The position numbers and the translations under genes were made by a program. DNA of 64,000 nt from Bacilli bacterium (GTDB taxonomy: Bacteria; Bacillota_I; Bacilli_A; RF39; UBA660), in the NCBI GenBank assembly GCA_017626405.1, contig JAGAIS010000005.1, positions 4,086-68,085 on the forward strand, written 5' to 3'. The notes beneath the pieces are model-generated. The model ran no database searches. It had not been told where the DNA came from and worked only from the letters and a program-made list of their open reading frames with translations. This document shows positions 9,779-18,623 of the stretch, piece by piece; the stretch's first letter is position 1, and every line of letters starts with the position of its first letter.

Positions 9779-10600
9779 ATGGAAGAGAAATATTTGGAAA
9801 AATATTTTATTAATCCAGGAATAGAATATGGAATAAAATCTTATATGCTACATAAAGAAAATCTTGGATACAAAAGAATCCATACTTTTGAAATGCATGT
9901 TATTAAGGCTTTGACTATTATATATGGAGAAAAATCAATTCTTTTACCATATAAAATCGACAACGAAAGAGCATTTGAATGTAATCTACTAATGTACGAT
10001 TTAAAAGAACAAGCCATGATAAACTTCTTAAAATATATGAACGAATACTATGAATTTGTCGATAATATCAAATCAGAAAAAAAAGCAACTGGCTTGATTT
10101 CAGAAATTGAGAGGATTCTCTTAGAAATGATAATCAAAAGAGGCAAAAGAAAAGAATACACTACAGAAGAGATAAAAGAATTCGACACTATATTTAATCC
10201 TAACGATGGCGATCTAAAGAAAATAAAAAATCTTATTGCAAGGGATCAGGGTTTAATAATTAGAGAATGGGAAAATAGTAAATACGAATTAACTAATACT
10301 CAGATTAGAATGATTGCAGTAAAGCCAAATTTATTGACGAGTGAAGAATATTCGAAGTATGGTTATGATATCAGATTGATAGCAACATTAAGTGAAGAAG
10401 AAATATCCAAAGTCAATAATATAATTTGGCAAGAAGAAACAAAAAAGTATACTTTTAATAAAAAAAGATTATTTGGTTTTAAAAACATTCTATTGACTAG
10501 CGGTAATGGATTTGTTGATAAACTAATGCTATTAAGCATAGTTGCGACCGAATTAATGATAGGAATCATAGTTTTATGCAAGTTAGGGGGTAAATTATGA
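9779..10600 (+). CDS. hypothetical protein with C-terminal NGF-TM segment
   Basis: ORF with SD; single C-terminal hydrophobic helix. Confidence 0.65.
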   Translation: MEEKYLEKYFINPGIEYGIKSYMLHKENLGYKRIHTFEMHVIKALTIIYGEKSILLPYKIDNERAFECNLLMYDLKEQAMINFLKYMNEYYEFVDNIKSEKKATGLISEIERILLEMIIKRGKRKEYTTEEIKEFDTIFNPNDGDLKKIKNLIARDQGLIIREWENSKYELTNTQIRMIAVKPNLLTSEEYSKYGYDIRLIATLSEEEISKVNNIIWQEETKKYTFNKKRLFGFKNILLTSGNGFVDKLMLLSIVATELMIGIIVLCKLGGKL

Positions 10601-10872
10601 GTTTGGAATTAAATGGAAAAAAATACAAATTAATAAAAGACTATAGAAATGGCTACGAAGAAGAGCAAATAAAAGAAAAAACAACAGATTACTTTATAGA
10701 TTTTGATTATATCCTAGGTGACTGGGCATATGGCAAATTAAGACTAAAAGGATTTTATAAAAATACGAATAAAAAAGTAAAAGAAATGAATAATTATGAT
10801 AATATTGACAAGTATATCAAAGAGAATTGTGCATTTGACTGCAAATATTTCATCCTTGAAAAGATAGACTAA
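10597..10872 (+). CDS. yutD: YutD family (DUF1027) protein
   Basis: FDYILGDWAYGKLRLKGFY...CAFDCKYFIL. Confidence 0.9.
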   Translation: MSLELNGKKYKLIKDYRNGYEEEQIKEKTTDYFIDFDYILGDWAYGKLRLKGFYKNTNKKVKEMNNYDNIDKYIKENCAFDCKYFILEKID

Positions 10873-10908
10873 TATTGTTATAATTTATTAAGATAAGAGG
10901 TGCTATTA

Positions 10909-12867
10909 ATGATAGGAAATGTACAAATATTAAAAAACAATGGTGAATCATTAATATCAAATGGACTTGCCCATTTTAAGTTCAATGATAATGATAAACA
11001 ATATTTAATATATACACTTGGAGAACAAATAAACGAGTTATTAAAAATATATATTGGTTATGAAAATGCACCAGTTACCAATCCTGGGATTTCGGATGAA
11101 GATAGTACAAAGATAACTGATTTACTGAAAAAAATTGGTAAAAATGAAGATGTTTCAACTTTGATCACAGTATTACCATTATCGGAAGGATTGTATCATG
11201 TTCACGATAAAGTGAAGAAAGTTGCTCTTCAAACAAGTGCGTTTAACAATATAATTACCACGCAACAAAGAGGACAAATTCAAACCTTGGATAAAGACGA
11301 ACCAATAATGAAAGAAAATACATTTTTTGATTCTTCATTAGTGAAAGAAGAAAATCCTGTGGCGAAAGTGACTCAAGAAGAAAGCATTTTCGCAAATCCT
11401 ATGCAACCTATTATGGAACCATCCGTTGAACAATCTTACAACGATGAAAATTTTAATTCGACGCAAGATTCATTAGTTGATGAACAATCTGTGGAAAACA
11501 TGGATGCAAATACATCAAATAATAATGATACAAATGGAATTGGTCAAACTATAACAAATATATCCGAGTTTAATAATGACAGCCAAACATCATCAAATAT
11601 ATCGGAACCAGAATTTATAAATTCAAGTATTGCAAGAACGAACGATAATAGTGGAAAAAACATTGAAATTAATGGAACTATTTCGGATGAAGAGGCAAAA
11701 AACGCAATATTAGCTGTTGAGGCAGCCCAAGCAACAATTAGAGAAAACATCACTATAATAAAAGAATTCATTAAGCAGCAAAAGAACAAAATAGTTCCTA
11801 AAACTATAGAATCATCAGTTGAGACTAAAAATGAATTAAATGAGGAAATAAAAGAAATTCCAGCAATGTCTAGCCAAGTAGAATCACTACCAGCACAATA
11901 TGATGTAGTAAATAATCTTGAGTTAGCTCCACAACCAGAATTAGCAGAAAATGTATTGAGTAATGAGTCAAATTTACAAAGCGATTATTTAGTTGATACT
12001 TCAATTAATCAAATATCTTCTGAGATAGATACAGGTAGTATTGTAGACACAAGTGTTTCTATACCTAGAGTAGACTTGTCAAAACAAATCCCTGTTGAAC
12101 CAGAAAAAGAATTAATTCAACAAAGTACAGAAAGCGTTGCATCCCAAAATCAAGCAAACGCTTCATCGCAAATGCCACTAAATGAGCAAAGTATACCTGC
12201 GGGGGCGACACTGCCAATTGAAGAGCAACCGGCTATGATAGATACAATGGCAATGTTACCTCATCAAGGAACGGAAAATAAAAACATCAGTACAGTGATG
12301 CCATTAGACAGTTCTAATTCGGAAATGCTAGATACGACAAATATGATTGTATCAGGTAGTGCTGCATTTATTCCTAATACTATGGAGAATAGTGTGGTTC
12401 AAAATATCTCAGATCCCAATAGCGAAAGTATAATTAATTCGGAAGACCAAAACTTATCAGGAACTGTTCCGGATGTAAAACCGGCAGAAACTATTACTGA
12501 AGGATCAGAAAATCAAATTGGTATTTCATCACAGAATATACAAAACACTTCAATTCCAACGATAGATATTCAAATTCCTGATGTAGAATCTGAAAATACA
12601 TTTAATATTCCTGAGACGGGGCAATTTACTCAAGAACAAAGCAATAACTTGCCAACAAGTATTCCGGATATTGGCACTCAGATAAATATGCAAGAGCAAC
12701 CAAACCTATCAGGTATTGTTGATGGAGAATTTTCAACCCCACAAATAGATATGAATGTTCCATCACTAGATCAAACACAAGCACCTGTTATTATGCCAGA
12801 TGGGCAATCGCAGGATGATAATCAAGGATTAGTTTTAACTCCTGATGCCTTTAATAAAGCAGCATAA
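10909..12867 (+). CDS. hypothetical protein with long acidic/Pro/Asn/Gln low-complexity region
   Basis: ~130-aa globular-looking N-terminus followed by ~500 aa of disordered-type sequence. Confidence 0.7.
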   Translation: MIGNVQILKNNGESLISNGLAHFKFNDNDKQYLIYTLGEQINELLKIYIGYENAPVTNPGISDEDSTKITDLLKKIGKNEDVSTLITVLPLSEGLYHVHDKVKKVALQTSAFNNIITTQQRGQIQTLDKDEPIMKENTFFDSSLVKEENPVAKVTQEESIFANPMQPIMEPSVEQSYNDENFNSTQDSLVDEQSVENMDANTSNNNDTNGIGQTITNISEFNNDSQTSSNISEPEFINSSIARTNDNSGKNIEINGTISDEEAKNAILAVEAAQATIRENITIIKEFIKQQKNKIVPKTIESSVETKNELNEEIKEIPAMSSQVESLPAQYDVVNNLELAPQPELAENVLSNESNLQSDYLVDTSINQISSEIDTGSIVDTSVSIPRVDLSKQIPVEPEKELIQQSTESVASQNQANASSQMPLNEQSIPAGATLPIEEQPAMIDTMAMLPHQGTENKNISTVMPLDSSNSEMLDTTNMIVSGSAAFIPNTMENSVVQNISDPNSESIINSEDQNLSGTVPDVKPAETITEGSENQIGISSQNIQNTSIPTIDIQIPDVESENTFNIPETGQFTQEQSNNLPTSIPDIGTQINMQEQPNLSGIVDGEFSTPQIDMNVPSLDQTQAPVIMPDGQSQDDNQGLVLTPDAFNKAA

Positions 12868-12894
12868 TTGTTGCTTTTTTTCATATTATATAAT

Positions 12895-13752
12895 ATGAAA
12901 AATACGATTCATTTTTATTATAATTTAAATTTTGATGAAATCTATGAATATGATAATTACTCAATATTGATTATGAGCGAGAATATTTATGCCTTTAAGG
13001 TATTGAATGTTAGCATGGAAGAATTGGTTATTATTATGAATACCTTGCAATCAAATAATATAAAGACTAATAAAATAATTCTTAATAAAAATAATGAAAT
13101 ATATACTGAATATAATGGAAAAAAATATGTATTGACATTAATAGAGAATAAAGAAACAATTAATCAGTTTTATTTATTTCCGCTAATTAATAGTAGAAGA
13201 GAAGATTTTATATCAGAAATATGGGTTAAAAAAATAGAATATTATGTAAAAAAAATCCCTGAAGTTGGTTTGGGAAACGGTTGGCTTATTAACAGTTTTA
13301 ATTATTATATAGGTATGGCAGAAAATGCAATTGCGGTTTACAATAGATGTAATAAGAACAACATAAGGTATATTGTCTCTCATAGAAGATTAAACTATCC
13401 ACTAACAAAAACAGTGTTCTTAGACCCTACAAATTTGCTTATTGATGCGATATCTAGAGATGTTTCAGAATATATGAAAATAAAATTCATTAGTGAAGAA
13501 TATGATATTTTGGAGATTAGAAAAATTGTAGAAAAATATAATTTTAATAATGATGAAATGAATATATTACTTGCAAGATTATTGTATCCGTCATACTATT
13601 TTGATGAATTGGATCAGTTTATCGAAAAAAAAGAGGCTAAAAATTTAAAAAAAATAGTTTCTAAAATAGATAATTATGAAAAAATGATAAAAAAATTTTG
13701 CAACGAGTTTAAAGATTATCAATTATATGTAATTGATTGGATAAAAAAATAG
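12895..13752 (+). CDS. YutH/CotS-like spore coat kinase-fold protein
   Basis: WxKKIEY, SFNYYIGMAENAI, HRRL, RDVSEYMK, LARLLYPSYYFD; sits in yunB-yutD-yutH-nifU synteny. Confidence 0.85.
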   Translation: MKNTIHFYYNLNFDEIYEYDNYSILIMSENIYAFKVLNVSMEELVIIMNTLQSNNIKTNKIILNKNNEIYTEYNGKKYVLTLIENKETINQFYLFPLINSRREDFISEIWVKKIEYYVKKIPEVGLGNGWLINSFNYYIGMAENAIAVYNRCNKNNIRYIVSHRRLNYPLTKTVFLDPTNLLIDAISRDVSEYMKIKFISEEYDILEIRKIVEKYNFNNDEMNILLARLLYPSYYFDELDQFIEKKEAKNLKKIVSKIDNYEKMIKKFCNEFKDYQLYVIDWIKK

Positions 13753-13757
13753 AACTA

Positions 13758-14018
13758 TTAAAGTTCTACATTAATTACACCTTTGACAGATGGAACAATT
13801 TCTTTTAGAGATTCAAAAATATTATCTTGCAATGTATAATCTTGAAAAGCGCAAGCTGCACATGCACCATAAAGCTTTACAAATACAAAACCATCCTCAT
13901 ATTTAATGTATTCAATATCGCCACCATCACTATTAAGATATGGACGTAACTGATTTATTGCTGCTATTATTTTTTCTTCATCAGAGTCGTTTTTTATATC
14001 TTTATTTACATTCTCCAT
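13758..14018 (-). CDS. NifU-like (Nfu) Fe-S cluster carrier
   Basis: LRPYLNSDGGDIE...LYGACAAC. Confidence 0.9.
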   Translation of the reverse strand: MENVNKDIKNDSDEEKIIAAINQLRPYLNSDGGDIEYIKYEDGFVFVKLYGACAACAFQDYTLQDNIFESLKEIVPSVKGVINVEL

Positions 14019-14096
14019 ACTTATCACCAATGCCATTATATCTAAAATGATGTACAAAGTAAAGATTATTTGCTATAATACTTTCGAGGTGCAATT

Positions 14097-14450
14097 ATGG
14101 AAGACATATGTGTCGGAAGTGTTGTGAAAGGTACTGTAACTGGTATTGAGAGTTATGGTATATTTGTTAAACTAAATGATACTTATAGTGGACTTATACA
14201 TATTTCAGAAATTACAGAGAGATTCGTAAAAAACATAAAGAATTATGCAGACGTTGGAGAAACTATATATGTTGAAATATTATCGATTGATGAGAATACT
14301 AAGAAGTGTATATTGTCAGTTAAAGGGTTAAACTATAGAATAGATGAGAATAGTTTAGTAAAAGAATCAGTTAGGGGATTCACTCCACTAAAACAACACT
14401 TACAAGGGTGGATTGATAAAAAATATAAAGAAATCCACAATGAAGAATAA
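14097..14450 (+). CDS. S1 RNA-binding protein (YugI/GSP13-like)
   Basis: GTVTGIESYGIFV...GLIHISEI S1 domain; GFTPLK..L..WI tail. Confidence 0.88.
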   Translation: MEDICVGSVVKGTVTGIESYGIFVKLNDTYSGLIHISEITERFVKNIKNYADVGETIYVEILSIDENTKKCILSVKGLNYRIDENSLVKESVRGFTPLKQHLQGWIDKKYKEIHNEE

Positions 14451-14533
14451 TTATATTATTCTTTTTATTTTGCTATATATGATGTATAAAATAGCGAAAA
14501 ATTCATATTATATTAAAAAAATGCTAAAATTAA

Positions 14534-14563
14534 TTGACTTAATAAAAAACATTATGTTATAAT
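14534..14563 (+). promoter_or_regulatory. sigma-A promoter of tRNA operon 1
   Basis: TTGACT-N18-TATAAT with TG extension. Confidence 0.75.
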
Positions 14564-14589
14564 CTATTTGTTCCGTGAAAACCGGACTC

Positions 14590-14681
14590 GGAGAAGTACC
14601 CAAGATGGCTGAAGGGACTGGTCTTGAAAACCAGCAGGTCGGGCAACTGGCGCGAGGGTTCGAATCCCTCTTTCTCCGCCA
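14590..14681 (+). tRNA. tRNA-Ser(TGA)
   Basis: Cloverleaf with long variable arm, anticodon loop CTTGAAA, encoded CCA. Confidence 0.95.
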
Positions 14682-14699
14682 TTTTAAAATAATTTATAT

Positions 14700-14776
<77 letters not shown>

Positions 14777-14781
14777 TATTT

Positions 14782-14858
14782 GGTCCGTTAGTCTAGAGGC
14801 CTATGACGTCTGCCTGTCACGCAGAAGACCACGGGTTCGAATCCCGTACGGACCGCCA
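14782..14858 (+). tRNA. tRNA-Asp(GTC)
   Basis: Anticodon loop CTGTCAC, GGTTCGAATCC, CCA. Confidence 0.95.
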
Positions 14859-14862
14859 TGAT

Positions 14863-14938
<76 letters not shown>

Positions 14939-14950
14939 GTAAAGTCAATT

Positions 14951-14975
14951 AACTACGTATTAACGTAGTTTTTTA
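14951..14975 (+). terminator. intrinsic terminator of tRNA operon 1
   Basis: AACTACGT-atta-ACGTAGTT followed by T-run. Confidence 0.8.
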
Positions 14976-15330
14976 TTGATTTTAATTATAATGTGAAAAA
15001 TGAAAAAATTAGTTTTTTACTTAGAATAAAATAAAAAAATGTAGAAAACATACGAATTTTAAATAATAAATTATAAGATAATAGTTTAATCTAATGTTAT
15101 TATCAATGAATAGTAAATACCACATTATTACTAAGTTCAAAATTAAAAAATATTCGTTAATGACATGCAGAAAATGCTACCAAAATAGTAAATATTGTTT
15201 AAAAGTTTTGATGTATAAGTAAAAAACATTAAAAAATTAAAGAAATTGAATAAAAATTTAAAAAAAGTCTTGATTTAGTCGTTGATTTAAGTTATTATTA
15301 AATAGTCTTAATTTGTTAGACATGGTGCAC

Positions 15331-15419
15331 GCCCGAGTGGCGGAATAGGTAGACGCACAGGACTTAAAATCCTGCGGGTGTTAAAGCCCGTGCCGGTTCA
15401 AGTCCGGCCTCGGGCACCA
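15331..15419 (+). tRNA. tRNA-Leu(TAA)
   Basis: Anticodon loop CTTAAAA, long variable arm, CCA. Confidence 0.95.
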
Positions 15420-15441
15420 TTTATAAATTTTTTTAAAAAAT

Positions 15442-15518
15442 GGGCGATTAGCTCAGTTGGTTAGAGCACTTGCCTTACAAGCAAGGGGTCATAGGTTCGA
15501 GTCCTATATCGCCCACCA
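15442..15518 (+). tRNA. tRNA-Val(TAC)
   Basis: Anticodon loop CTTACAA, CCA. Confidence 0.95.
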
Positions 15519-15526
15519 TTTTTTTT

Positions 15527-15602
15527 GCCGACATAGCGTAACTGGCAGCGCAACTGACTTGTAATCAGTAGGTTGGGGGTTCGACTCCCTCTGTCGGCAC
15601 CA
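15527..15602 (+). tRNA. tRNA-Thr(TGT)
   Basis: Anticodon loop CTTGTAA, CCA. Confidence 0.95.
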
Positions 15603-15612
15603 CTTTTTTTAT

Positions 15613-15696
15613 GGAGGGTTAGCGAAGTGGTCAAACGCGGCAGACTGTAAATCTGTTCCTTCGGGTTCCATGGTCCGAATCCATGACCCTCCACCA
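15613..15696 (+). tRNA. tRNA-Tyr(GTA)
   Basis: Anticodon loop CTGTAAA, variable arm, CCA; T-loop reads TCCGAAT. Confidence 0.93.
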
Positions 15697-15707
15697 CTTT
15701 AGTTTAT

Positions 15708-15783
15708 TGCCTCGTAGCCAAGTGGTAAGGCATCAGACTTTGACTCTGACATTCCGATGGTTCGAGTCCATCCGAGGCAACCA
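15708..15783 (+). tRNA. tRNA-Gln(TTG)
   Basis: Anticodon loop CTTTGAC, CCA. Confidence 0.93.
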
Positions 15784-15794
15784 CTTTATTATAT

Positions 15795-15870
15795 GTTCCG
15801 CTAGCTCAGCCGGTAGAGCATCTGACTTTTAATCAGAGGGTCTGGGATTCGAATTCCCAGCGGGACACCA
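15795..15870 (+). tRNA. tRNA-Lys(TTT)
   Basis: Anticodon loop CTTTTAA, CCA. Confidence 0.93.
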
Positions 15871-15956
15871 TCTGTATTTATTGCACAACGTTAAATCGTT
15901 GTTTTTTTATTTTAAATTCAAAATTAAGTTTTTTGCTTTTTTATAAAAAAAGAAAC

Positions 15957-16376
15957 TTATATAAATAAGTTTTCTTTATATTTTATATTTTTGTTAGTTA
16001 TTATTATACACAAATCTTCATTTTCATAAAAAGTATCTTCATAAGAGTTTTGAATTTTTCCGTTAGAAGCAACTCTTTTTTTTGCTAGTTGAAATTCTTG
16101 ATATCCGCCATTGGTAAAACTTATTCCAACTTTTGTGATATTTCTTTGCTTCATAATATTTTTCATAATTGTAGCGCTTCCTGCGTCGGTTTTTTGAAGT
16201 TTAATCATAAAAAAGTTAGCTTTTAGATTTCCTTCGTTATCTTTTTCGTAACTAATTTCATCACCATTATCATCAATATTTGAAATGTAAAAGTGATTAA
16301 ACTCGTCGGATGACACCGAGATTATGTCATTATTAGTTGTTGATAAATCTATGTTGTATATTATCCCAGTATTCAT
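15957..16376 (-). CDS. hypothetical protein between tRNA operons
   Basis: 139-aa ORF with AGGTGA SD; no motif recognised. Confidence 0.65.
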   Translation of the reverse strand: MNTGIIYNIDLSTTNNDIISVSSDEFNHFYISNIDDNGDEISYEKDNEGNLKANFFMIKLQKTDAGSATIMKNIMKQRNITKVGISFTNGGYQEFQLAKKRVASNGKIQNSYEDTFYENEDLCIIITNKNIKYKENLFI

Positions 16377-16547
16377 TTTATCACCTATAAAAATTATAGC
16401 ATATCTAATAATAATTTTATATATATTATTTTTAAAATTATAATGTTAATAAAATATATTAAAAATATGTAATATTTTTCTTGAAATTATCATAAAATGT
16501 GTTATAATGAATAAGTAATTCAGTTTTAATCACATCGAAAGGGAACC

Positions 16548-16624
16548 GCGCTCATAGCGCAATTGGATAGAGCGTTAGACTACGGATCTAAAGGTTAGGG
16601 GTTCGACTCCCTTTGGGCGCACCA
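16548..16624 (+). tRNA. tRNA-Arg(ACG)
   Basis: Anticodon loop CTACGGA, CCA. Confidence 0.95.
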
Positions 16625-16628
16625 TTTT

Positions 16629-16705
16629 CGAGAAGTAGCACAGTTTGGTAGTGCACTTGGTTTGGGACCAAGGGGTCGCAGGTTCGAATCCTGTCTTCTC
16701 GACCA
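16629..16705 (+). tRNA. tRNA-Pro(TGG)
   Basis: Anticodon loop TTTGGGA, CCA. Confidence 0.95.
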
Positions 16706-16718
16706 TTTATTATAAATC

Positions 16719-16743
16719 AACATCTAGATTAGATGTTTTTTTT
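16719..16743 (+). terminator. intrinsic terminator of Arg-Pro tRNA operon
   Basis: AACATCTA-gat-TAGATGTT followed by T-run. Confidence 0.75.
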
Positions 16744-16771
16744 ATGCCTGTGACTCCTTATTCCCAAACCT

Positions 16772-17515
16772 CTATACTTTGATTCGATTATATAGTTTCT
16801 CTAAATCAGTTTCTTGAATTTGGAATCCAGTGCCTCTATCTTGTATTTCACCTAAATGGTCTTCGTCTCTATAAATGCCAGCCTTGAAACATACTCTTAT
16901 AACTCCTTTTTCAATAAGAGTGATAAATTGTTCAAAATTTGTAAATTTGTAAAATTTTATTGCATAGTATTTGTAGTAGTCAACTCCTTTAATCTTATTT
17001 GGCCATGCTTCAATTAAAGCAAGTTTCTTCAACTTCTTTTCTAATTTTCCATTTAACAATTCAAAAGGCCAGTAGGTTATTCTTTCATAATCATTGAAAA
17101 ATCTATCGGTTATAACTAAATAAACTCTTTTTTCATTATAATCGACATCTAATTTAAATAAGTATCTATTTGCAACTATTTCGGAGTGATCTCCATAAGC
17201 TATAGCACTTAATACCTTAAACTGTTTAAATATCCTATCTGGATAGCCATATTTATCTCTCAATCTTTTAACTTCGAAATTTGTTTCACCTTTTGGTGCG
17301 CAATTAAAAAGAGTAATGTAACTTTTGCTATAACCTCTTTTTGTCTTTATTTCAATGCCTAAGTAATCTGGGGTATCATTGGAGTCTTCATCTTTACCAA
17401 GTAAATCTTCAAATGTTTTACCTATACCAGTAGTTCCCTTTCTAGAAGATCTAACATATCCCATATTTCTGATTCTTTCAAATTCTTTATTTAATAATCT
17501 AAATTCTTCGCTCAT
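16772..17515 (-). CDS. MvaI/BcnI family (MutH-like) PD-(D/E)xK endonuclease
   Basis: TGIGKTFEDLLG...PDYLGIEIKTKR...ITLF...YGYPD...DRGTGFQI. Confidence 0.85.
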   Translation of the reverse strand: MSEEFRLLNKEFERIRNMGYVRSSRKGTTGIGKTFEDLLGKDEDSNDTPDYLGIEIKTKRGYSKSYITLFNCAPKGETNFEVKRLRDKYGYPDRIFKQFKVLSAIAYGDHSEIVANRYLFKLDVDYNEKRVYLVITDRFFNDYERITYWPFELLNGKLEKKLKKLALIEAWPNKIKGVDYYKYYAIKFYKFTNFEQFITLIEKGVIRVCFKAGIYRDEDHLGEIQDRGTGFQIQETDLEKLYNRIKV

Positions 17516-17612
17516 ATAATCATCCTTTCTATTGAAGAATGATTGTTATTATACACACGAGTTTTTTTTAAAATGTCGAATTTTGTTCTAAATAATAAAA
17601 AAGAGTTAAAAA

Positions 17613-18551
17613 TTATGAAATTTTTAACCCGCATCCAGGACAATAATCATTAGCGCCAATTAAAGATGAGCCACATCTCTGACATTTTAAATCTTCACTC
17701 TTATTATGTGTTGAGTTTTCCTCTTTTTTAGTTCCACCAAAAGCAATACTTTCGTTAGATGCTTCTTTTTGTTTATATTGTTCATATTTTGCTGTATCTA
17801 CATGAACTATATTATCGTTATTTTTTAATTGGTCTTCAATGGAGTCTATGCCAGATGAAAGTAGACTATTTTCTTCTTGATCAAATATTTCTATAATATC
17901 TTCAATATTATCTTCTATTATGGGAATATCGTTATTTTTTTTGCTTTCTAGTTCTTCATCAACTATTTCATTTTCTAAATAATAATCATCTATAATTGAA
18001 TTTTCCTCTATGTTTTGTATCATTTCTTCAGTTTTTGAAACAAAAGTATTGTTAATACTATTAATATTGTTAATATCTTGTGTCTCTTCTCTAAAATATA
18101 AGTCATCTATGTCTAGATTGCTTTCTAAATTGTTTTCAATATTTTCTAATTCAAACAATGTCTTTATAGCTTTTCTTATATCCTTTGGTTTTTTACACTT
18201 ATCAGAAAATGCAATATAAAGCATAAAAGCATAAGGAAAAACAATTGATAAGTTCATCATCCATCTAGGTCTTTTGTATCTATTTAATAATTTATAGGGT
18301 AGTAAAATCATCACAATGACATTCACAAAAGGTATAAAGATTGTATAAAAAGGGATTTTCGCAATTTTGAACACTAAATAAAAGTTATAAAAGGGGATTA
18401 GTGAATAGAATTCCTTTATTTCCTCTTTTTTGAAAATGAACCATAATGATAATATGTAAGTAACAATCATAACTAACGAAAAAATACATAAAATGATTTC
18501 TGAAATTGGCAATAAATTATTCATAATTGGCAAAAATTTTTCAATGTTCAT
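17613..18551 (-). CDS. DUF5684-like membrane protein with acidic linker and C-terminal zinc ribbon
   Basis: LWFIFKK...SLIPFYN TM module; CQRCG...CPGCG at the C-terminus. Confidence 0.75.
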   Translation of the reverse strand: MNIEKFLPIMNNLLPISEIILCIFSLVMIVTYILSLWFIFKKEEIKEFYSLIPFYNFYLVFKIAKIPFYTIFIPFVNVIVMILLPYKLLNRYKRPRWMMNLSIVFPYAFMLYIAFSDKCKKPKDIRKAIKTLFELENIENNLESNLDIDDLYFREETQDINNINSINNTFVSKTEEMIQNIEENSIIDDYYLENEIVDEELESKKNNDIPIIEDNIEDIIEIFDQEENSLLSSGIDSIEDQLKNNDNIVHVDTAKYEQYKQKEASNESIAFGGTKKEENSTHNKSEDLKCQRCGSSLIGANDYCPGCGLKIS

Positions 18552-18623
18552 ACTATCCAACTCCTATTATAAGATAATTATACTAACAATAGTGTTAAAT
18601 ATCAAATAAAAAGTAGATAATAA

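Noticed and set aside
14976-15330. 350-bp AT-rich gap between tRNA operons as a hidden gene or RNA
   Set aside because: Only very short ORFs and no convincing stems; the distal part is explained by an A-tract UP element and a TTGATT-N17-TATTAT promoter (15270-15298).
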